Made by a program: the position numbers and the translations under genes
IMG/VR virus record: IMGVR_UViG_3300009500_000012
Source of the DNA: an uncultured virus (IMG/VR IMGVR_UViG_3300009500_000012)
Lineage: Duplodnaviria > Heunggongvirae > Uroviricota > Caudoviricetes
Length of the DNA: 64,000 bases
Reading direction: 5' to 3' (one strand)
The notes under the pieces: generated by a model
Told to the model about the DNA's origin: nothing
What the model saw: the letters and a program-made list of their open reading frames with translations, nothing else
Databases searched by the model: none
Shown: positions 55,389 through 64,000 of the stretch, piece by piece
Position numbering within the stretch: position 1 is the stretch's first letter
How the letters are laid out: each line of letters starts with the position of its first letter

Positions 55389-55562
55389 TAAATATTTAAT
55401 CTCCATTAAAGTTCATATTTATTTACAAGTTCTATTTGTCGAACTTGCTTACCTATGAATTATATAACAGTCCAATTAGTATGTCAACATCTTCTAGATT
55501 TGGCCGATGTGTTTTTTAGTTTTTTCTAATATAATTTAATGTTTTCAACAAATATTGGCCGA

Positions 55563-55709
55563 TTATTTGGCCGATGCTACGAATTTACAAACAGTAGTTC
55601 CACATACAGAACATTTGCCTTTTTTAGCTGAACGACCGTTCTTTGTAACCGTGTCTACAACATCTTTTGCTGGTTGTGACTTTTTACATTTGACGCAATA
55701 AATTTCCAT
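55563..55709 (-). CDS. DUF5679-like zinc-ribbon mini-protein (48 aa, not in the ORF track)
   Basis: MEIYCVKCK...KNGR...KGKCSVCGT. Confidence 0.8.
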   Translation of the reverse strand: MEIYCVKCKKSQPAKDVVDTVTKNGRSAKKGKCSVCGTTVCKFVASAK

Positions 55710-55825
55710 TTTAATAATAAACCTTTCAAGATAAATAAAAAGAACTCATTAGTTCTTTCAATACATATAGTATATAAAGTAATGAGTTGCTTTTATTAGT
55801 ATTTTAGAAATTTTCTTTTATTACA

Positions 55826-56512
55826 TTAAAGGCCATATCTTTTAAGATTATGAACTGCTGCACGTAGCCTTTCCCAATCAATACAATTAGGTAAATTGTA
55901 TGCAGATGCTACTTTACCTTGATTATTACCTTTAGGATTATTAAATGGCGTAACATATTTATCAATGATATTTTGTTTTGATTTTTGAGAATCATGACGA
56001 CGAGGTTGATAACCTGGCATATTTGTTTGCTCAGGAGTAAGTAAACGGCGTCTTGGACGTTTGCCTTCCATAAATTCTTCAGGAAGATGAACTCTATTTA
56101 AATCAAGCGTATCGTGGTTATCATCGTTTTCGTTTACCCATGCTGTTGTAGCATAAGGAGTCTTTTTATCAATTCTAATAGGCATAACAACGTCTCTTCC
56201 ATCGCCATGAGGACCACGCATTACAACCTTTGTTAAATCATTTCCGTTATGTTCTACCTCAACTGGTCGAAATCCTGAATCTGGACCAGGAAATTTACCT
56301 TGAAGGCTAGGAATAGACATAGGATTAACAACTCCACGTTGTTCGGAACGCTCTTTAGCATGATTAGAAAAAGCCAAAGGTTTACCACTATTTTGACTCA
56401 TAAAATCATTTAGATGTTTATTAACTTTATCAGGTATTCCCGTTTTTTCATTAAAACGATAATCTTCTGGAATTGACGATTGACCAGGAATTATACCCAT
56501 ATCTCTTGGCAT
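55826..56512 (-). CDS. Hypothetical protein with a DUF4258/RelE-like core
   Basis: FSNHAKER..RG...TTAWVN..D.H.TLD. Confidence 0.45.
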   Translation of the reverse strand: MPRDMGIIPGQSSIPEDYRFNEKTGIPDKVNKHLNDFMSQNSGKPLAFSNHAKERSEQRGVVNPMSIPSLQGKFPGPDSGFRPVEVEHNGNDLTKVVMRGPHGDGRDVVMPIRIDKKTPYATTAWVNENDDNHDTLDLNRVHLPEEFMEGKRPRRRLLTPEQTNMPGYQPRRHDSQKSKQNIIDKYVTPFNNPKGNNQGKVASAYNLPNCIDWERLRAAVHNLKRYGL

Positions 56513-57537
56513 ATTAGCATACCTCTATTTAGATTAATCCAAATAAAGAATATGCTATTAGTCAAATATTTTTAATACAAGCTCTCTAATATGTTTACAG
56601 GAAAGACAACCACCGTCTTGCCCGCCGCAAGTTTTATGTCCATCATCGTCATCTACATAATCGCCATAAAATCTTTTTACAAGGTTAGCTAATTTGACTA
56701 AAGCCTCATCAAAAGTAGGAGCGCCACAATCTAACTCCCAATCATGACTTCTATTTTCACGACAATACATTTCAGGATAAATTTCTGCTTGCCAATTTTC
56801 ACGATTGGCATTCAATTCTTCTTCCAAATCGCCATCATAGTGTGCAGGACCAAATTCTAGCCATACTTCCGTAAAAGTACGTTCTTCTTTGGGAGCATCA
56901 GTTGTGCCATGTTTGTTGACCAAAACATAATGCACAAATAAATCTCGTTCAATAGCATACCAAAACATGTGAGGGTCTTGATAAATATAAACATCGCCTG
57001 GTTTTTCAATAATATAAGGCTTTTGATAATCAGCAATATTTTCTTTTTTGACTAACGTGCGATAAGGCAAACGAAACTTTGGATGATTCCTTAAGAACCA
57101 CCATGCTTCATAAGGGAAGAGAATTTCGTCTTTTGCTTTTAATTTAGGAGGCTTTTTCTTATTACTCATATCTTCTTATGTAGGCTTTTGGGCCAGAAAT
57201 CTTTGGAAAATCGACCTTGCTTTTTCTTTATTTTAAGAATGTATTTAGAAGTATCAAAACATCCACATGAAGAAAGGTATGTATTAGGTATTGTATTATA
57301 CTTTCTACATTGTTCATAATGTTCCCCACCATTACGTAGAGGTAGCCATTCTTCTTTCAAAGAATCTTTCCACCTTACTAATCCAAGATGTAAGATGACT
57401 TGCTCACCATGAGAATCAAAAGAACAAGGACGAAAATCTTCATCAATTATTTCATATGCAGGTTTTTTAGCCTCCATAATGGAATTGCGAATATTTTGAA
57501 GTTCTTGTTCTTCCATATTATTCCTAAATTATTTAAT

Positions 57538-57622
57538 TGGCAGGGGAGGTGGGACTCGAACCCACGAAGCCCAAAGGCGACAGTTTTGGAGACTGTTGGA
57601 ATAGCCGCTATCCGACTCCCCT
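57538..57622 (-). tRNA. tRNA-Trp(CCA) with a long variable arm
   Basis: Loop CT-CCA-AA, A1-U72, G73, CCA end, extra hairpin GCC-TTTG-GGC. Confidence 0.85.
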
Positions 57623-57821
57623 ATGCAATATCTATATTAACATCTTATGCTAGAAATGTCAAACTAGCAACATTCATCTGTATCTTTTGTTTGATGAATA
57701 TTAAAATCATTAGAATAAATTGTTGGTAAATGTATTTCAAAAGAGGTTGTTTCAGCAATATAATGGCTTAAAATCTCATTTATTTGTTCTGCTAAAATTT
57801 TATTTTCTTCCATATCATGTC

Positions 57822-58205
57822 CTATTTATTATATAGTTTATCGTAAAAATTAATACCATGTTTTTGTATGACATATTTAAGAATTGGTGCCATTTCTTTT
57901 CTGCGTAAAATTGTTAAAGGATGAGGAAAGTAGCGATACTTCGCATGTGTTCTCGCTACTTCTCTACCCTTAACTTCAACATAACTTCCATCTACTATGA
58001 AATCAGGAATATAATTATATATTCTGTTTCTAAAAGTATAAGGAAATTTCTTTATGTTTCTTTCAATTTTTTTACCTTGGTCCTCACACCAAATTACATA
58101 TGCAAGTTCCCAGGAACTATCTAAAGACATTCCTTTATAAATGCCTTTATGAAATCTGGACTTTTTCTTTTTGCGACGAACAATTTTTTTAATTAATCTT
58201 TTCAT
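57822..58205 (-). CDS. PD-(D/E)xK endonuclease
   Basis: DSSWE...YIPDF...VEVKG. Confidence 0.8.
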   Translation of the reverse strand: MKRLIKKIVRRKKKKSRFHKGIYKGMSLDSSWELAYVIWCEDQGKKIERNIKKFPYTFRNRIYNYIPDFIVDGSYVEVKGREVARTHAKYRYFPHPLTILRRKEMAPILKYVIQKHGINFYDKLYNK

Positions 58206-58228
58206 GCATAATAAATATGCAATTAAAA

Positions 58229-58588
58229 TTAAACTGGTTCTTGTTCGGTTCTCATTTCGATTGGTGCAGTTTCAGGGTTGTATTTCCACAATTTAAATTT
58301 AGACAACACACTTCTTTTGTTTCTATTTGAGAGCGCCTCTGTACAAATTGAAGAATAACCCATATCATTGTCAGGTTCAAAGAACTTAGTAAATTTAATA
58401 TCATTTTCTGAAAGAAGTCTTTCTACATCAAAAAGTTCTTCTTCATCCTTGACACCAATCATTACTAAATTATAGTGAGGATTATCAGTAAATAAACGAC
58501 CTGCATCCAAGGCAGCATGAATTCCTTGCACCATCTGTTGGGCAAGAGAAATATCCTGTCGGATAAAAATATATGTATATGTTCCCAT
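58229..58588 (-). CDS. Divergent Pth2-like protein
   Basis: YIFIRQDIS..QQMVQGIHAA...FFEPD...SICT. Confidence 0.75.
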   Translation of the reverse strand: MGTYTYIFIRQDISLAQQMVQGIHAALDAGRLFTDNPHYNLVMIGVKDEEELFDVERLLSENDIKFTKFFEPDNDMGYSSICTEALSNRNKRSVLSKFKLWKYNPETAPIEMRTEQEPV

Positions 58589-58690
58589 TTTCTTTCTTTC
58601 ATTGAATAAGTGATAAAGTTTAACAATGAAAGAAATCAAGGAGGTCGTGAATGATTGTTCTATAACATTAAAAATTATTAAACTCCTTTA
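58589..58690 (-). promoter_or_regulatory. Leader mini-ORF M-L-amber-NNHS-RPP-stop plus occluding hairpin
   Basis: ATG TTA TAG AAC AAT CAT TCA CGA CCT CCT TGA (58668-58636); TTTCTTTCATTG/CAATGAAAGAAA stem. Confidence 0.65.
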
Positions 58691-60382
58691 TTAATAATCA
58701 GAAAAATTAACTTTGATTTTTTCAAGTTCCTCAATGCTCGGACATTCTTCTGGAAGAACATCACATTCATTTTCAGGACTTACTTTTAATAATTTACCAG
58801 TCTTTTTATCATGTAATTCGCTTACATTTGCATCACAACTTCCTGAACAGGAACAACCAGAAGAATAGCAATAGAATACTACCCCATCTTTATCAATTCC
58901 AATACCTGAATAGGAATGATTATTCCATCCATAATCTTCATTAGAAATTTCCTTAACAATGACTAATTTTTTATCATTGAAAGAACTTTCTGGAAGCGTT
59001 TGATAGTTTTTCTTAACGAATTTAAGTATGTTATTCATTTTTGTTTATTCTTGTAATTTCGATTATTAATGATAGACCAACTATATTTATTATGCTGAAA
59101 ATTCAATATATCTAATGTTCTAAAATCTATCTTAGGAAATATTTGAAAATTTCCATTTTCAAATTCTTCTTCAGTCGGTGTACCAAATATTGGTTTATCA
59201 TCTTTGTTTACCCAGCACAATCTATTACCATTGCTATCATGATTAAAAACAATATAACCTGGCTCTAAACCATGTCCACAACACGCGCTACTTACTCCTG
59301 GCAAAATACCTAGACAACCATCTGCGCCATCTTCAATACCGCAAAAACCATCAAATTTTTCTTGCTTTAGATGACAAAAAACACAAGTTCTATCACCTAA
59401 AATAGGACCAGAAAAACCATACTCTACAGGAGTTAAATCCTCACACCATACGTATTCGCCAAATCTTTTGCCTTTTACAGGCTTAATTTCAACATTTAAA
59501 TCTTTAGCGTTATGAGCGAAAACACCTCCGATAATTTCGGCATCTATATGTTTATGATTTTCGTCAAAACAAATCATTATGCGGATTTCTTTTCTACTAC
59601 TTTTTGCATTGCTGCTGCCAAAAGTTCTGCATTAACTTTATCTAACCCTTTACAAACCGATTGAGAACGCATTTCAAATTGTTCTTTTTCAAAATCATAA
59701 GATGCAGACCAGCCATGTTTGTCCGACCAATGTTCGAAGTTTTGTTCTTTTAATTTAAATTTAACTTCGCTTTGAAGCAATCTACAAAGGGAATAAACTT
59801 CTCTAAAAGTAAGAAGTCCTTTGCCTTTACCACTCTTAACCGGCAAAAATTTTTTTTCTTCAACATGGTAAAATAACGTCCATGTTTTTTGGTCCGCATT
59901 TGCGACAAAATAGGATGGCATTTCAGCCGGATATTTACGTGCTAGTGCTGCGAGTTTCACAATGCTCCTTAAAAAAATCTTCTGCTTCTTTTTCTAATTG
60001 CTCTTGCTTTTTTAGATACTTTGCATCCACCTCGAAAATAAATACCTTAGCACCATCACCTTCTAATTCAAGTTTGTAATTTCGTGCTTCATCATATGTC
60101 ATTTGTTCAGATTCGAGAGGTAACTCAGAATGACTACCATTTTTCCCGGTTGGTGGATAGATTTTAAGATAATACATTTGAGTTATCTTTCTTAGCAGGA
60201 GCAGAAATTCCACAACTTTTGCAAAAAATCCAAGGCCAATTCTCTGCTGCATATTTTCTTTGAACGCCAGCAATAGAATAAGTTCCCGTTTTTTGTATAG
60301 TTAAACGCATTTCAATTTCTAAAGTTTTATTACTACATTGAGGACAAGATGTTTCTTTAATATCCATAATATCCATTTATTA

Positions 60383-60453
60383 CGCCCTGCACAGGAATCG
60401 AACCCGTACCTCCCAGATTAGAACCTGTTATGCTCCCACTACACCAGCAAGGC
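60383..60453 (-). tRNA. Atypical tRNA, anticodon CTA (amber) or TCT (Arg)
   Basis: Good acceptor, D and T arms; anticodon arm CAGG-TTCTAA-TCTG; CCA not encoded. Confidence 0.6.
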
Positions 60454-60531
60454 ACTCCATAAACATCATATCATTCTGCTAATGATTAGTCAAACAGGAA
60501 GGCAGGACCAACCTACCTTCCTGTTTAAGTC

Positions 60532-60987
60532 TTACTTAATTAGTTGTTCTAACTCTTTAAGTTTTTGTTTAACTTTTTCTTTAACTTCTGGACGAAGCGT
60601 GATGACAAATTCAGGAAGTCTTGTAGGCTTTGCAGCATAGAAGGTTCCATAAATATCTTCATATTTTTCTCTTGAACTATATACAATATTATTTGTTAAA
60701 ATATAATAGTTGTATTTATTATCTTTGCTATAGGAAAAAGCATCTGATAATTCATTGATTGCTTTTTGCAATTTCCAGTATTTATTTCGACCTTGAGCCG
60801 CATATCCCTGAATTCTTTTTTCAGTTTGTAAGGGCTTCCAACATTTTAAAACATCTTTATCAGAAATAATTAACCATAAAAGATGATTCCATGAATGACC
60901 AGGAATTTTCTTTTCAAGATATTTCTTGATGGTTTTTTTGTTTTTAAGATATTCTTCTTTAGTAAGAGTATATTCTTTAATTTTCAT
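60532..60987 (-). CDS. Hypothetical protein under the second amber leader
   Basis: 151-aa ORF, GGAG SD. Confidence 0.7.
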   Translation of the reverse strand: MKIKEYTLTKEEYLKNKKTIKKYLEKKIPGHSWNHLLWLIISDKDVLKCWKPLQTEKRIQGYAAQGRNKYWKLQKAINELSDAFSYSKDNKYNYYILTNNIVYSSREKYEDIYGTFYAAKPTRLPEFVITLRPEVKEKVKQKLKELEQLIK

Positions 60988-61100
60988 TTAATTTCTCCAA
61001 TTTAAAATAATAAGTGTTAAAGTAGTAGTAACTTAGATTAATTTAAATTGGTTAATTAAGGAGGTCGATTAGCGGTCTACAACATTTATGATTGTCCTTA
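60988..61100 (-). promoter_or_regulatory. Leader mini-ORF M-L-amber-TAN-RPP-stop plus occluding hairpin
   Basis: TAAGGA SD; ATG TTG TAG ACC GCT AAT CGA CCT CCT TAA (61085-61056); CCAATTTAAA/TTTAAATTGG stem. Confidence 0.65.
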
Positions 61101-61104
61101 AAAT

Positions 61105-61194
61105 TGGCGGAAAATGTGAGAATCTAACTCACGAAAGGCTCATCACCTCCAGGCGTTTTCAAGACGCTTTCCTCGTACATGCCGGACATTTTCC
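61105..61194 (-). tRNA. tRNA-Ser(TGA)
   Basis: Loop CT-TGA-AA, long variable arm, GCCA end. Confidence 0.85.
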
Positions 61195-61216
61195 AAAATT
61201 TATTTTTTCTTTTTAT

Positions 61217-61306
61217 TGGAGGAATCGGCGAGATTTGAACTCGCGACCGTTTTAAGACGGTGTTTCCTTTCCAGGGAAATGGTTTAAGCCGCTCACCCAC
61301 AATTCC
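61217..61306 (-). tRNA. tRNA-Ser(GGA)
   Basis: Loop CT-GGA-AA, long variable arm, TCCA end. Confidence 0.85.
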
Positions 61307-61375
61307 TTGTACTTTTAGATTATACCACATTTGTCAAGATGTATCGAATCTAAAGTTAATTAGTATTTTATTAAT

Positions 61376-61651
61376 ATGAAACTTATAGATTCGGACCCTA
61401 ATTGGATTATTTCTGGCGAAAACCGTAAAGGTATGGGTATTATTTTTAATTGCCCACATTGTAATGGTAATATTTGCGTTTGGTTTTCCAATCCTATAGA
61501 TGGAGGACCACCTGCTCCATCTGAAATTTTACCGTCACCTAGATGGGACAGAACAGGTGATAATTTTGAAAATTTGACTTTAATGCCATCTATTAATACT
61601 TTAAATCATTGGCATGGATTTATAATTAATGGAGAAATTATTAATTGCTAG
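61376..61651 (+). CDS. DUF6527-like protein
   Basis: CPHC...W...LTL.PSI...HWHGFI. Confidence 0.65.
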   Translation: MKLIDSDPNWIISGENRKGMGIIFNCPHCNGNICVWFSNPIDGGPPAPSEILPSPRWDRTGDNFENLTLMPSINTLNHWHGFIINGEIINC

Positions 61652-62558
61652 ATGAAGTTACCATCCATTGTGTGTAAGCAGGTTCCCAAATCAATGTATT
61701 TGTATTTCCTGGTGATGTAAAGCATTGCCCAAAATACGATTGACTTCCATTATCTATATTAGATGGTAGAACATCTACCCAATTATTTGAATTTGTAAGT
61801 AACTTAATATTTGAAGATACAATTGTACTTACCATACTACATTCGCCAGGAGTATAATGCGTTTCAAACATATCCCATGACTCACCATTATAGTTATTAG
61901 AAGCAGCGATAGAAGTATAAACTAGTTCCCAATTTTGATTTTTATAGTTATAAATTAAAACTCTTGTTGAATAGTCTTGTCCTAATAAGATTTCTGTTGT
62001 AAATTGTAATGCGCCATTTCCAAAATCTCGCAAATAACTAGAGGCAAATGCCGCATCAATTACTTTATCTGCTCCTGTTCCCCATCCTGCACTACAAAAA
62101 TCATAAGGTCTTAAATCTCTATAGGTATCACCTGTTGAGGTTCTCCAATAATCTGTACTAAATTCAATACAACCTCCGCCAAGTTTTGTAGTTGGAGCGT
62201 AAAGATAATTAACTAAAGAAGAATTTGTTGTAGGATTTAATTCAAGATTAGGGTCTGCACTATTATTTGCATAAATACCAATATATGTTGGACTACTTAT
62301 GAGAAATAAACCTGCTTGTCCTCCATCATCCTGAACTGTAACAATAGATTTAGATTGTTCTGTTCCATATTTAGGACCATTACCTAATGGTAATGATTTT
62401 GGTAGTGGGTTCGGAGTTGATGTGCTAAAACTTGTTTGCAAAAGTAATACAGGCGCTACAGGAGTTTGATATGAACTCGGAGCAGGAGTTGGAACAGTAG
62501 ATGGAACTTGATTACACCCAAATAATACTAATAGGCATAATAAAAATATATTTTTCAT
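61641..62558 (-). CDS. Putative lipoprotein with a beta-rich domain
   Basis: LFG-C lipobox, P/T/S-rich linker. Confidence 0.65.
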   Translation of the reverse strand: MKNIFLLCLLVLFGCNQVPSTVPTPAPSSYQTPVAPVLLLQTSFSTSTPNPLPKSLPLGNGPKYGTEQSKSIVTVQDDGGQAGLFLISSPTYIGIYANNSADPNLELNPTTNSSLVNYLYAPTTKLGGGCIEFSTDYWRTSTGDTYRDLRPYDFCSAGWGTGADKVIDAAFASSYLRDFGNGALQFTTEILLGQDYSTRVLIYNYKNQNWELVYTSIAASNNYNGESWDMFETHYTPGECSMVSTIVSSNIKLLTNSNNWVDVLPSNIDNGSQSYFGQCFTSPGNTNTLIWEPAYTQWMVTSSSN

Positions 62559-63157
62559 GATATAGAATCAAATCTAGATGAATAAGTGAATATTTCTGTT
62601 TTTGAATTTACAGGCGAGTATATATGAAATGGCTTATCAACACTAGAACAATTTGCAGCAGCCGCTTGAAGCGCAATCATTATTTTTCCCCAAGGCTTAC
62701 CAAGATATTCTTTTTGTAATGCGTACAAAGCACCTAATGCATATGAAGACCCCGAACCAACAGAAGCATAAGGTACAATAGATTCAGCCACTTGATAATC
62801 TGAAAATATAGTAAATAATCGACCTTGATAACCTACAAGGAAAACTCCGCCTTCTTCTTTGTCTTTTTCTTTTGAAGCAAATCCACCATCTTTTAATTTT
62901 TCTCTAACTGCTTCAACAAAATCAGTTACCATATATTCAAAAGTATCCTGATTTTCTTTTTGTTTAGGAATTTCCAATTTGTATTGAAGAAGTTGACCCA
63001 TCCTAAAAGATGTAGTAAATCCGATTACAAAATCATCCTTTAAAAAGATTTTTTTATCTTTCCTAGAAGTTATTCGTCCATTATCAGATGTTCCAGCACT
63101 ATCTGCGCCCATATAAACATCTTTGTTGTCATCTATAAATCCAACTATACAAGTCAA
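62555..63157 (-). CDS. HslV/proteasome-beta-like Ntn hydrolase
   Basis: MTCIVG...GADS...KIF...VGSGS..ALGAL. Confidence 0.8.
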   Translation of the reverse strand: MTCIVGFIDDNKDVYMGADSAGTSDNGRITSRKDKKIFLKDDFVIGFTTSFRMGQLLQYKLEIPKQKENQDTFEYMVTDFVEAVREKLKDGGFASKEKDKEEGGVFLVGYQGRLFTIFSDYQVAESIVPYASVGSGSSYALGALYALQKEYLGKPWGKIMIALQAAAANCSSVDKPFHIYSPVNSKTEIFTYSSRFDSIS

Positions 63158-63630
63158 AATGAAATATACCCCGTTTCTTCCTTTTCTTTTAAAAATCCAG
63201 GTAAATCTTTTATAGGATTTTCTTCTTTGTAATCAAAAGACTTACTGTGATTATGTCCCCAATCTAATTCAACATCAATTCCGTCATGTTCCCATAACAT
63301 CTTGACTCCATATGGTCGAAGATAATAACCAAATGATTGAGTTGCTTGCTTCTTTTTATCAGAATAAAGTTTATATTTTTCGCTTTTAATTTTAAATTCT
63401 GCTTCAATTTCACGAACAGTTTTATCAGGAAAATCTTTATAATTTGGAGAATATCCAGGATATTTAATTTCTTGAGTATTTTCCCAATCTTTTAAAGCAT
63501 TAAGATAATCTTGTTGTGCTTTTTCAGCAGCAAGTTCTAATTCTTCTTTTGTCCATTCATCTGGAATCCAGACATATGTTCCTGCATCATGTTCATTGCA
63601 ACGAATATGAGTAATTCTTGCTACTTTCAT
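63154..63630 (-). CDS. Hypothetical protein
   Basis: ORF overlapping the next gene's start. Confidence 0.6.
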   Translation of the reverse strand: MKVARITHIRCNEHDAGTYVWIPDEWTKEELELAAEKAQQDYLNALKDWENTQEIKYPGYSPNYKDFPDKTVREIEAEFKIKSEKYKLYSDKKKQATQSFGYYLRPYGVKMLWEHDGIDVELDWGHNHSKSFDYKEENPIKDLPGFLKEKEETGYISF

Positions 63631-64000
63631 ATTTTAACCTTTCCTTTTAATTCAATAATCAGCATTATTATTTGACTCGCTTTCCATTCATACTGCACAC
63701 ACAAATACTGCGGCAACCTGAATTTAAGTGTGGTTCATCTACATGATGAACGCCATGACACTCGTAGCAGAATTTATATGGAGATAGGCTTTCTGCTTTT
63801 CGTAGTGCTTCACCACCATCGAATTTTGGATGCGCTACAACTACTGCTCGTTTCCAAGCATGATTGCGAAAAGCACACGTTTCATCAATGCGATTGCATC
63901 CGGCAGGTTTTCCACAGCACAACGGATATTTCTTAGCCGTAGATTTGAACCCAATATGATTAATTTTTTGTAATTTCATGCTCTAACCTCTTCCTTTGTT

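Noticed and set aside
55498..55577. Three TTGGCCGAT copies
   Set aside because: Only 9 bp, irregularly spaced and one lies within a CDS; too weak to call an operator or array.

Overview
A 64-kb, AT-rich, densely coding segment of a large (jumbo-type) bacteriophage genome. It uses the standard code 11, and most genes are on the minus strand. No capsid, tail, polymerase, integrase or CRISPR array is recognisable; it looks like an early or accessory region. Recognisable products include a CCA-adding enzyme, an HNH-RNA ligase fusion, DNA ligase, two Pth2-like peptidyl-tRNA hydrolases, MazG, an HD hydrolase, AlkB, GNAT, an ART-like protein, a kinase-like protein, thioredoxin, a trypsin-like protease, an HslV-like protease, RlpA, a GT9 glycosyltransferase, a tandem Csx16-like protein and nine tRNA or tRNA-like genes. 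The strongest candidates for undescribed biology are: (1) two copies of a leader mini-ORF, Met-Leu-amber-X3/4-Arg-Pro-Pro-stop, each followed by a hairpin that buries the next gene's start region, with a possible CUA-anticodon tRNA between them, suggesting an amber-readthrough translational switch; (2) an island of about ten structured non-coding RNAs (10.5-13.0 kb), most with their own promoter, including a 61-nt anticodon-less RNA with alanine identity elements; (3) pervasive leaderless transcription; and (4) expanded paralog families. All family assignments come from motif recognition by eye, not from database searches.
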